Of a DNA stretch of 64,000 nt, positions 17,149 through 25,558 are shown in pieces. The notes below the pieces were generated by a model. It did not search any database. It was not told the origin of the DNA and worked only from the letters and a program-made list of their open reading frames with translations. The first letter of the stretch is position 1, and every line of letters begins with the position of its first letter. The DNA comes from Alloprevotella sp. Its GTDB lineage: Bacteria; Bacillota; Clostridia; Oscillospirales; Oscillospiraceae. Made by a program: the position numbers and the translations under genes. The stretch is taken from positions 10,038-74,037 of the forward strand of contig CAVEQW010000036.1 of the NCBI GenBank assembly GCA_963618155.1, given 5' to 3'.

Positions 17149-17748
17149 ATGAGCTTTTTCGATGAGATACGAAAGCTGACGCAGCCTTACGACGAGAGCG
17201 ACGAGGACTACTTCGACGACGATACGGCCCCGGAGGCCGACGAGGAACCGACCCAGGTGGCACACCGGCGCGACCGCGCCCCCGCAAAGGCGGCGTGGGA
17301 CGACCCGTTTCAGGGCGACGCGAGGGCGCCGTCCCGCAAGGAGGATCGCCGTCCCGCCTATCACGCGGACGGACGTCCCGTGACCCGCGAGGGCAGCGAC
17401 TATGCCCAGGAGGCGCCGTCCGCGCACAGCGCGCCCCCGGACGAGCGCGTCGTCAACATCCATGCGACGACCTCGGTGCAGGTCGTAATGGCGAGACCGG
17501 AGCACTTCAGCGACGCGGCGGCGATCGCCGACCATCTGCGCGCCGGGCGCACGGTCGTCATCAATCTCGAAACGACCAACAAGGAGGAGGCGCGCCGCCT
17601 GATCGACTTTCTGTCCGGCGTGGCCTATGCCAACGACGGGAAGATCAACAAGGCCGCCATCAACACCTACACCATCACGCCCCATAACATGGACATCATG
17701 GGCGACCTGATGGACGAGCTTGAGAACAGCGGAGTCAGCTTCTATTAA
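17149..17748 (+). CDS. sepF: Cell division protein SepF
   Basis: 199-aa ORF. A disordered N-half is followed by the conserved C-terminal SepF core (VVMARPEHFSDAAAIADHLRAGRTVVINLE...FLSGVAYANDGKI). Confidence 0.9.
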   Translation: MSFFDEIRKLTQPYDESDEDYFDDDTAPEADEEPTQVAHRRDRAPAKAAWDDPFQGDARAPSRKEDRRPAYHADGRPVTREGSDYAQEAPSAHSAPPDERVVNIHATTSVQVVMARPEHFSDAAAIADHLRAGRTVVINLETTNKEEARRLIDFLSGVAYANDGKINKAAINTYTITPHNMDIMGDLMDELENSGVSFY

Positions 17749-17829
17749 AAGCGGCGCCGCCCGGTCGGTATATTGCGTAAGAAACAAATAAAAATATAAA
17801 ACTCGAGAGAAAGGGACGGGTAAAAAGAC

Positions 17830-18519
17830 ATGATAACTCCCCAGGATATACGAGAAAAAGCCTTTGACCGCGCGGTTCGCGGCTATGACATGGAAACGGT
17901 GGACGAGTTTCTCGACGAGATCGCCGACGACTACACCACCCTCACCAAGGAAAACACCTCGCTGAAAAGCAAAATGCGCGTGCTGGTGGAAAAGATCGAG
18001 GAATACCGCCAGACCGAGGACTCTATGCGCCTTGCGCTGCTGTCCGCCCAGAAGATGAGTGCCCAGATCGAGGCCGAGGCCAAGGAGCGCGCCGAAAAGC
18101 TCGTCAGCGAGGCGCAGGCCAAGGCCGACAACGCCAAGCGCATGGCCGAGGCCAGCATCGCCAACGAGACGGCCAAGCTCAACGAGGCGAAAAAGGCCAC
18201 CCAGAAATACATCGACCACATGACCGCCGTCTGTCAGAAGCAGATCGAGTTCTATGGACGTCTCGTCGACGCCAAGCTCGTGACGGCGGAGGAGCCGGAG
18301 CCTGCTCCCGCCAAGCCGGAGGCCGACGAGGACACCGTCCGCTCCATCGAAAGCTCCGCCGTCAGGGCGGCGCTCAAGGAGCCGGAGGAATCCATCCGCC
18401 TCGACGAGCTTCTGGGCAGCAGCGACGACGACGAGCCCACGCGGATGTTCAACGCGGACACGACGGCCAAAAAGCGCAAACGCAGCCGCGCGGAGTACCG
18501 CTTCGACGACGAGGACTGA
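17830..18519 (+). CDS. divIVA: DivIVA-domain protein
   Basis: N-terminus MITPQDIREKAFDRAVRGYDMETVDEFLDEIADDY is the DivIVA signature, followed by coiled coil. It follows sepF. Confidence 0.88.
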   Translation: MITPQDIREKAFDRAVRGYDMETVDEFLDEIADDYTTLTKENTSLKSKMRVLVEKIEEYRQTEDSMRLALLSAQKMSAQIEAEAKERAEKLVSEAQAKADNAKRMAEASIANETAKLNEAKKATQKYIDHMTAVCQKQIEFYGRLVDAKLVTAEEPEPAPAKPEADEDTVRSIESSAVRAALKEPEESIRLDELLGSSDDDEPTRMFNADTTAKKRKRSRAEYRFDDED

Positions 18520-18613
18520 CAAGACGCTGCGAGGGAGGGCTTCCGCCCTCCCCGTATGCGCTTATATGCCCTTCGCATAATACGGACAGAATTAACAGAC
18601 GGAGACAAGAAAA

Positions 18614-21421
18614 ATGGATTACAATGCAACGGTAAATCTTCCGCGTACCGACTTCCCCATGCGCGCCGGGCTTCCCAAGCGCGAGCCGGAGATGCTCAAG
18701 GCGTGGGAGGATATGGATCTCTACCACGAAATGGTCAAGCGCAACGAGGGCAAGCCTGCCTTCGTCCTGCACGACGGCCCCCCGTTCTCCAATGGTGCGC
18801 TCCACATGGGACACGCGCTCAACAAGTGCCTCAAGGACTTCATCAACCGCTATCGGAGCATGGCCGGCTACCGCATGACCTATACCCCCGGCTGGGACAA
18901 CCATGGTATGCCCATCGAATCGGCCATCATCAAGGAGCAGAAGCTCAACCGCAAGGCCATGAGCGTGGCGGAGTTCCGCGACGCCTGCCATGCCTATGCC
19001 GACCACTATATCGACGTGCAGCGCGAGGGTTTCAAGCGCCTCGGCGTGCTCGGCGAGTGGGACAAGCCCTATAAGACCATGGATCCGAAGTTCGAGGCCG
19101 AGGAGGTCCGCGTCTTCGGCAGGATGTACGAAAAGGGCTACATCTATAAGGGCAAGAAGCCCGTCTACTGGTGCCCCAAGGACGAGACGGCGCTGGCGGA
19201 GGCCGAGATCGAATATGCGAACGACCGCTGCGAATCCATCTATGTGAAGTTCCGCGTGACGGACGACCACGGCAGGCTCGCGCAGTATGCGCCGCTGGAG
19301 GAGCTCTATTTCGTCATCTGGACGACGACGACCTGGACGATCCCCGGCAACCTTGCCATCTGCCTCAATGCCGACCTCGACTATGTTCTCGCAAAGCAGC
19401 CCAACGGCGAGGTCTACATCGTCGCGGAGGGGCGGCTCGAGGCGCTGCAGAAGGTCACGAACATCGAGAAGTTCGAGATACTGGCGCGGCTGAAGGGCGC
19501 GGAGCTGGAGCTTATGCGGGCGAAGCACCCCCTCTTTGACCGCGAGAGCGTTGTCATCCTCGGCGACCACGTTACGCTGGAGGCCGGTACCGGCTGCGTC
19601 CACACCGCGCCGGGTCACGGCCAGGAGGACTATGAGGTCTGCCGCCGCTATGACCAGTCCGGCAAGACCGACATCGGCATCCTCGTCCCTGTGGACGACC
19701 GCGGCCGCATGAACGAGCTGGCCGGACCCTACGAGGGACTTACGACCGATGAGGCCAACAACAAGATCTTTGCCGATCTGCTCGCCTGCCGCGCCCTGCT
19801 TGCCAGCGAGACGATCGAACACCAATACGCCCACTGCTGGCGCTGCCACAGCCCCATCCTCTACCGCGCCACCGACCAGTGGTTCTGCTCTGTCGACGCC
19901 TTCAAGGAGGACGCCGTCCGCGCCGCCAAAAAGGTGCACTGGAACCCCGAATGGGGCAGCGACCGCATGGAGGCCATGATACGCGAGCGCGCCGACTGGT
20001 GCATCAGCCGCCAGCGCCGCTGGGGGCTTCCCATCCCCGTGTTCTACTGCGGCGACTGCGGCAAGCCCGTATGCACGCCGGAGACCATCGAGTCTGTCTC
20101 CGCCGTCTTCGCCGAAAAGGGCTCCAACGCCTGGTTCGAGCTCGACGCCCCGGCGCTGCTGCCGGAGGGCTTCGTCTGCCCGCACTGCGGCGGCAGGGTC
20201 ACGGAAAAGGAGAGTGACACGCTCGACGGCTGGTTTGACTCCGGCTCGACCCACATCGCTTCCATGGAGCTTGACAGCCCCGGCTGCTGGCCGAGCGACC
20301 TCTATCTCGAGGGCGGCGACCAGTTCCGCGGCTGGTTCCAGTCGAGCCTGCTGACCGGCGTGGCCGTCAAGGGCGACGCGCCCTACCGCAGCGTCCTCTG
20401 CCATGGCTGGACGGTGGACGGCGAGGGTCGCGCCATGCATAAGTCCCTTGGCAACGGCGTTGCGCCCGATGAGCTTATCGCCAAATACGGCGCCGATCTC
20501 GTGCGCCTCTGGGCGGCGAGCGCGGACTTCCGCCTGGATATGCGCGCCTCGGATGCCATCTTCAAGCAGCTTTCCGACAAATACCTCAAGATCCGCAACA
20601 CGGCGCGCTACATCCTCGGCAACCTCGACGGCTTTGACCCGGAGGCGGATGCCGTGGCGCTCGATGAGATGATCGAGCTTGACCGCTGGGCGCTCGACCG
20701 CTGCGCCCAGATGACCGAAAAGTGCCTTGCGGCTTACGAGAAATACGAGTTCTGGTCGGTCACCTACGCCATCCACAACTTCTGCGTGGTCGATATGTCG
20801 AATCTCTATCTCGACGTGATCAAGGATCGACTCTACTGCGAGGGCGCAAAGAGTCTCGCCCGCCGCAGCGCCCAGACCGCCATCTGGTACATCCTCGACA
20901 CGATGGTGCGCCTGCTCGCGCCGCTGCTGTCGTTTACGGCCAACGAGATATGGCTCGCCATGCCCCACCGCGCCGGCGACGATGCGCGCAACGTCATGCT
21001 CAACGATATGCCCAAAAACACCGGCGCATGGCTGCTGGACGAGGAAAAGCGCGCCTATTGGGACGAGTCCATCCGCCTGCGCACGGACGTGAACAAGGCG
21101 CTGGAGCTTGCCCGTGCCGACAAGACCATCGGCAAGCCCCTCGACGCGAAGCTCCGCATCCATGTCGGCGCGGCGGCGGAGGATGCCGTCCGCCGTATCT
21201 CCGGCCAGCATTTCGAGGCCTTCTTCATCGTCTCGGAGGTCGAGTTCACCTCCGGCGAGGGCCCCGGCTGGGCGGGAACGGAGTTCCCCGGCGTGAGCAT
21301 CGAGGTCGAGCCGTCTGCGCTCCCGAAATGCGCCCGCTGCTGGACGCACAGCGCCGGCATCGGACAGGACGCGGAGTATCCCGAGCTCTGCCCGCGCTGC
21401 GCGGCGGCGCTGCGTCAATAA
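18614..21421 (+). CDS. ileS: Isoleucine--tRNA ligase
   Basis: 935-aa ORF with a HIGH-type motif (PFSNGALHMGHALN), KMSKS-type KSLGN and a C-terminal zinc-finger CxxC pair (CARCW...CPRC). Confidence 0.97.
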   Translation: MDYNATVNLPRTDFPMRAGLPKREPEMLKAWEDMDLYHEMVKRNEGKPAFVLHDGPPFSNGALHMGHALNKCLKDFINRYRSMAGYRMTYTPGWDNHGMPIESAIIKEQKLNRKAMSVAEFRDACHAYADHYIDVQREGFKRLGVLGEWDKPYKTMDPKFEAEEVRVFGRMYEKGYIYKGKKPVYWCPKDETALAEAEIEYANDRCESIYVKFRVTDDHGRLAQYAPLEELYFVIWTTTTWTIPGNLAICLNADLDYVLAKQPNGEVYIVAEGRLEALQKVTNIEKFEILARLKGAELELMRAKHPLFDRESVVILGDHVTLEAGTGCVHTAPGHGQEDYEVCRRYDQSGKTDIGILVPVDDRGRMNELAGPYEGLTTDEANNKIFADLLACRALLASETIEHQYAHCWRCHSPILYRATDQWFCSVDAFKEDAVRAAKKVHWNPEWGSDRMEAMIRERADWCISRQRRWGLPIPVFYCGDCGKPVCTPETIESVSAVFAEKGSNAWFELDAPALLPEGFVCPHCGGRVTEKESDTLDGWFDSGSTHIASMELDSPGCWPSDLYLEGGDQFRGWFQSSLLTGVAVKGDAPYRSVLCHGWTVDGEGRAMHKSLGNGVAPDELIAKYGADLVRLWAASADFRLDMRASDAIFKQLSDKYLKIRNTARYILGNLDGFDPEADAVALDEMIELDRWALDRCAQMTEKCLAAYEKYEFWSVTYAIHNFCVVDMSNLYLDVIKDRLYCEGAKSLARRSAQTAIWYILDTMVRLLAPLLSFTANEIWLAMPHRAGDDARNVMLNDMPKNTGAWLLDEEKRAYWDESIRLRTDVNKALELARADKTIGKPLDAKLRIHVGAAAEDAVRRISGQHFEAFFIVSEVEFTSGEGPGWAGTEFPGVSIEVEPSALPKCARCWTHSAGIGQDAEYPELCPRCAAALRQ

Positions 21422-21463
21422 GCTCCCGCGCGGTACGCCGCGCCGGAGAAGGAGGAAAACGAT

Positions 21464-22411
21464 ATGACCTATGCCATAGTGACCGTCATCGTGCTGGTGC
21501 TCGATCAGCTCCTGAAATTCTGGACGACGAAAAACATTCCGCTGGATGCCGTCGGCAGCGACTGCGTGGAGCTTTTGCCGAATGTTCTGCACCTCACGAA
21601 CGTGCACAACTACGGCGCGGCGTTCAGTATCCTGAAAAACGCCCGCTGGCTGCTCGTCGCCGTGACGGTGATATTCGCCGCCGCCGTCATCATCCTCATC
21701 ACGCAGGAGATCATACGCGGCGATCTCGGCCGCTGGTCGGCGGTGCTCGTGATGGCCGGTGCGGTGTCGAATGCACTGGACCGCGCGCTGTACGGCTATG
21801 TGGTGGATATGTTCGAGCTTGAGTTTATGAAATTCGCCGTGTTCAACATTGCCGACATCTTCATCACGGTCTGCGGCATTCTGTTCTGCATCTATATACT
21901 CTTTGAAAAGCCCTCACCGGAGGAGGCGGCAGCCGGTGCAGGCGGCGGCCTGATCACCATGCTGAAAAACGGGTGGAAGAAGAAGACCGCCCCGTCCCGC
22001 GGAGGCTCCCGTGCATCGGTGCGCCGTGAGCGCGAGCCGGAGGCGGAGGACGGAGCCGAGCCGCTGGGCGCGGTCGGGCTTCGCTCGGACGAGGGCGATG
22101 AGCCGCCCCGCCGCAGCCGCAGTGAGCGCCGCCATGCCAGGCAGAGCGCGGCGAAATATGTCCCCGCAAAGCGCGGGGAGCATAAGACGCTGGCCGACGA
22201 GCTTGCGACCATCGACCCGAACGATCCCTTTGCCGAATGGAACCAGGGGAGCGAGAGCGCTGCGCCGGAGAAGGCGGACGAGCCGGAAACCGCGCCGGTG
22301 TCGGCGGAGAAGCCGAAAAAGCCGGAAGCCAAGACCGATGCGCTGTCGTTTGACGACGACCTGGGCTTCGATCTGGACGACATTCTGTCCGAGTTCGGCG
22401 ATGACACATAA
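21464..22411 (+). CDS. lspA: Lipoprotein signal peptidase II with a ~165-aa charged C-terminal extension
   Basis: The core carries NYGAAFSIL, SNALDR and FNIADIFI motifs within the first ~150 aa. The remainder is low-complexity R/E/P/A-rich and ends DDDLGFDLDDILSEFGDDT. Confidence 0.85.
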   Translation: MTYAIVTVIVLVLDQLLKFWTTKNIPLDAVGSDCVELLPNVLHLTNVHNYGAAFSILKNARWLLVAVTVIFAAAVIILITQEIIRGDLGRWSAVLVMAGAVSNALDRALYGYVVDMFELEFMKFAVFNIADIFITVCGILFCIYILFEKPSPEEAAAGAGGGLITMLKNGWKKKTAPSRGGSRASVRREREPEAEDGAEPLGAVGLRSDEGDEPPRRSRSERRHARQSAAKYVPAKRGEHKTLADELATIDPNDPFAEWNQGSESAAPEKADEPETAPVSAEKPKKPEAKTDALSFDDDLGFDLDDILSEFGDDT

Positions 22412-23309
22412 GTTCACCATAGAGGTGCAGGAGGGCGGCGAGCGCATCGACGCCCTTCTTGCGCGTTTGAGTCCCGAGCCGATGAGCCGCAGCGCGGCAC
22501 AGCGCCTGCTGACCGCCGGTGCGGTCACGGTAAACGGCGCGCCCGCCGCGAAGAACTACCGTGCGTCGGCCGGGGATGTCATATGCGCGGAACGGGAGGA
22601 GCCGGCTCCGGCGCGTGCCGCGGCGCAGGAGATACCGCTGGACGTGGTGTATGAGGACGGCGACCTCATCGTGATCAACAAGCCGCGCGGCATGGTCGTC
22701 CACCCCGCCCCCGGTCACGCGGACGGGACGCTCGTCAACGCCCTGCTCGCACACTGCGGCGCAAGTCTGTCCGGCATCGGCGGGGAGCTTCGCCCCGGCA
22801 TCGTCCACCGCCTCGACAAGGACACCTCCGGGCTGCTCATCGCGGCGAAGAATGACCGGGCGCACGAGCGCCTCTCGGCGCAGCTCAAGGATCGCAGTCT
22901 CTCGCGCATCTATGACTGCATCGTGCAGGGCGGCTTCAAGGCGGACGCCGGAACGGTGGATGCGCCCATCGGCCGCGATCCGCGCAACCGCAAGCGCATG
23001 GCGGTGACGGAGAAAAACGCCCGTACGGCGGTGACGCACTGGGAGCTTCTCGAACGCTTTGGCCGCTACAGCTATGTCCGCTGCCGCCTCGAGACGGGAC
23101 GCACCCACCAGATCCGCGTCCATATGGCGCACATCGGCCACCCGCTCCTGGGCGATACGCTGTACGGCGGCCGCGCCGACAAGGGACTTGACACCCAGTG
23201 CCTCCATGCGCGCGGTCTGAAATTCATCCACCCGTCCACCGGTGAGGCCATGGCGTTCTGGACAGAGCTGCCGGACTGGTTTGCGGAGGTTTTCCCGCGT
23301 TTGTCATAG
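22401..23309 (+). CDS. rluD: 23S rRNA pseudouridine synthase, RluD/RluA family
   Basis: ATG at 22401 overlaps the lspA stop. It has an S4 domain (RIDALLARL...SRSAAQRLL), HRLDKDTSGLL with the catalytic Asp, and GRTHQIRVH. The upstream part of ORF 22011 is a shadow of the lspA tail. Confidence 0.9.
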   Translation: MTHKFTIEVQEGGERIDALLARLSPEPMSRSAAQRLLTAGAVTVNGAPAAKNYRASAGDVICAEREEPAPARAAAQEIPLDVVYEDGDLIVINKPRGMVVHPAPGHADGTLVNALLAHCGASLSGIGGELRPGIVHRLDKDTSGLLIAAKNDRAHERLSAQLKDRSLSRIYDCIVQGGFKADAGTVDAPIGRDPRNRKRMAVTEKNARTAVTHWELLERFGRYSYVRCRLETGRTHQIRVHMAHIGHPLLGDTLYGGRADKGLDTQCLHARGLKFIHPSTGEAMAFWTELPDWFAEVFPRLS

Positions 23310-23382
23310 ACAGCGCGGCGAAAAAATGCTATACTATCAAAATCTTAATAGAATCTCAATAAATTGTATGAGGAGAGAGAAC

Positions 23383-23820
23383 ATGAAAAAGACTCTTGTA
23401 TGCCTGCTTGCCCTGCTGCTTCTCGCGGCGCTCTGCGCCTGCGGCCAGACGGAGACACCCGCCGCAGCGGACGATTCCGGCGACCTTGCGCCCGCCGAGG
23501 CCGAAACGTCTGCCGAGGAGACCAAGGCGGATGCCTCCGGCTCGGACACCTTCGTGCTGACGGAGGATATGCTTACATCGGATGCCGGCGGCTCGCTCAA
23601 CGAGGAGAAGTATGAAAAGGCGCTCGCCTGCGTGGGCGAGAGCGTGGATGTGCTCTATGAGACCATCGGCAAGCCGGAGGCGGATCCGCACTATGCGTCG
23701 AGCTGCCTTGAAATGGGTGCGCAGGACGGCCAGCTCTACTATGACACGGACGGCTTCTATGTCACCACACTGAAAAACGACAGCGGCGAGACGGTCATGG
23801 GTGTCGTCACCTACGACTGA
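23383..23820 (+). CDS. Hypothetical lipoprotein (145 aa)
   Basis: ATG 23383 follows aggagagaga. The lipobox signal is MKKTLVCLLALLLLAALCACGQ. No family was recognised. Confidence 0.6.
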   Translation: MKKTLVCLLALLLLAALCACGQTETPAAADDSGDLAPAEAETSAEETKADASGSDTFVLTEDMLTSDAGGSLNEEKYEKALACVGESVDVLYETIGKPEADPHYASSCLEMGAQDGQLYYDTDGFYVTTLKNDSGETVMGVVTYD

Positions 23821-23939
23821 CAAACATCCAGGACGCATGGCGGGAGAGCGAAAAACGTTCTCCCGCCTTGGACTATCAAAAGCTCAATTCTATACACGAG
23901 CCCGACGGTCTGCGGGCGAAAAAAAGGAGGCATCGACCT

Positions 23940-25238
23940 ATGATCTGTGACAACATCCGTGTGGGAGAAAACGGGCATCTTTGCTTTGCTGGGCAGGATA
24001 CGGCGGCGCTTGCCGAGCGCTACGGCACGCCGCTGTATCTGCTGGACGAGGACTATATCCGAAAGCAGTGCCGCGTGTACCGGGATGCCTTCCGAAAGCA
24101 TTTCGGCCCCGCGAGCCGGCCGTTGTATGCCAGCAAGGCCAACGCCTTCAAGCGAATCTATGAGATCATGCGCGAGGAGGACATGGGCATCGACGTCGTG
24201 TCCTCCGGTGAGATATACACCGCGATGCAGGCGGGCTATGACCTCGCAAATGCCTATTTCCACGGCAATAATAAGACCGATGCGGACATCGCCTTTGCGA
24301 TGGAAAATCACGTCGGCTGCTTTGTCGCGGACAACGCCGAGGAGATCCGCGCCATCGAGGCCGAGGCCGCCCGCCGGAATATAAAGCAGGGCGTGCTCCT
24401 GCGGCTCACGCCGGGCATCGATCCGCACACCTATGAGGCCGTGTCCACCGGTAAGGTGGACAGCAAATTCGGCGCCGCCATCGAGACGGGTCAGGCGGAG
24501 GAGCTTGTCCGGTCCACCCTGCGGCAGCCGCACGTGACGCTGCTCGGCTTCCACTGCCACGTCGGCTCGCAGGTGTTCGGCGAGGATGTTTTTGAGCGCG
24601 CCGCCGTCGTCATGCTGGAGTTCATCGCCGCCATGCGGGAAAAGCTCGGCTATACGGCGCGGCAGCTCGATCTCGGCGGCGGCTACGGCGTCCGCTATGT
24701 GGACAGTGACCCGTATCTGGATGTGGACACCAAGGTGGGGCAGGTGGCCGCCGCCATCCAAAGCGCCTGTGCGCGTCTCGGCATCGATATGCCGGAGATC
24801 CACATGGAGCCGGGGCGCAGCATCGTGGGCGCGGCGGGCATGACGCTCTATACCTGCGGCACGGTGAAGAAGATCCCCGGCTATAAGAACTATGTCTCCA
24901 TCGACGGCGGCATGACGGACAACCCGCGCTTCGCGCTCTATGGCGCGCGCTATACCTGCTTCCTCGCCAACAAAATGGACGAGCCCTGCGAGCTGGAGGC
25001 CAGCGTGGTGGGGCGCTGCTGCGAGAGCGGCGACATCATCCAGGAGCACGTCATGCTCCCCGCCTCCGTGGGGCGCGGCGACATCGTGGCGGTATGCACC
25101 ACCGGCGCGTATAACTACTCCATGGCATCCAACTACAACCGCCTGCCCCGTCCCGCCACCGTCATGCTGCGCGGCGGCGAGAGCTATACCGCCGTCCGCC
25201 GTGAGACCCTTGCTGACCTCTGCGTCTGTGACCTGTAA
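23940..25238 (+). CDS. lysA: Diaminopimelate decarboxylase
   Basis: ATG 23940 follows aaaaaggagg. It has a YGTPLYLLDE start, YASKAN (PLP lysine), HCHVGSQ, GGGYGV and a CESGD motif. Confidence 0.92.
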   Translation: MICDNIRVGENGHLCFAGQDTAALAERYGTPLYLLDEDYIRKQCRVYRDAFRKHFGPASRPLYASKANAFKRIYEIMREEDMGIDVVSSGEIYTAMQAGYDLANAYFHGNNKTDADIAFAMENHVGCFVADNAEEIRAIEAEAARRNIKQGVLLRLTPGIDPHTYEAVSTGKVDSKFGAAIETGQAEELVRSTLRQPHVTLLGFHCHVGSQVFGEDVFERAAVVMLEFIAAMREKLGYTARQLDLGGGYGVRYVDSDPYLDVDTKVGQVAAAIQSACARLGIDMPEIHMEPGRSIVGAAGMTLYTCGTVKKIPGYKNYVSIDGGMTDNPRFALYGARYTCFLANKMDEPCELEASVVGRCCESGDIIQEHVMLPASVGRGDIVAVCTTGAYNYSMASNYNRLPRPATVMLRGGESYTAVRRETLADLCVCDL

Positions 25239-25558
25239 GGGCGTATAGGCGCGCGGCCCGCCCCCTGTCCATGCCTTTGATTTATACGGTGCAGTCTATG
25301 GATACCTGTATTATAACACGGGACTTTATTCATTCCTACATTTGAATTGGTCATTTGGGGAGTTTCGTTATACAATCTGCCTAAAGGATGCATGGATGGA
25401 TGGAGCCTTGACAAATCGATAAATGATTTCATCGAACAGCGTTTATAGAACAGCTCCATGCTTCGCTCCGAATGAAAGGGCAAAACGGACGGTCGGGAGT
25501 CCGCGTTTGAAGATCTACCCCGAGCAAGTAACGTCAAAAAGATTAGGAGGAAACAAGC

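Noticed and set aside
18520-18613. Possible T-box leader upstream of ileS.
   Set aside because: The gap is only 94 nt. It has no T-box sequence (AGGGTGGNACCGCG-like) and no specifier/antiterminator architecture. It contains only two short hairpins without T-runs.
18449-21607. Very long antisense ORFs: 18449-21607 minus, 1052 aa. Others include 1075-2433 minus, 2652-4445 minus, 8118-10679 plus, 11374-13275 minus, 17113-18522 minus, 25184-26947 minus, 33675-35789 minus, 35615-37645 minus, 44901-47024 plus, 47824-50172 plus and 61055-62770 minus.
   Set aside because: Each lies opposite a gene with clear family motifs. Their translations are Arg/Gly/Ala/Pro/His-rich low-complexity strings without motifs, which is the usual stop-poor shadow frame of GC-rich DNA.
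23839-23867. Hairpin ggcgggaga/tctcccgcc after the small lipoprotein gene, considered as a terminator.
   Set aside because: No T-run follows it (ttgg only). It may pause transcription but cannot be called an intrinsic terminator.
23821-23939. Lysine riboswitch (L-box) upstream of lysA, and likewise upstream of lysC at 1190-1245.
   Set aside because: Both gaps (~120 nt and 56 nt) are too short for an L-box, and I saw none of its conserved junction motifs.
25392-25403. (ATGG)3 microsatellite in the long leader.
   Set aside because: Three units is too short to argue for phase variation, and it has no obvious position relative to the promoter or RBS.
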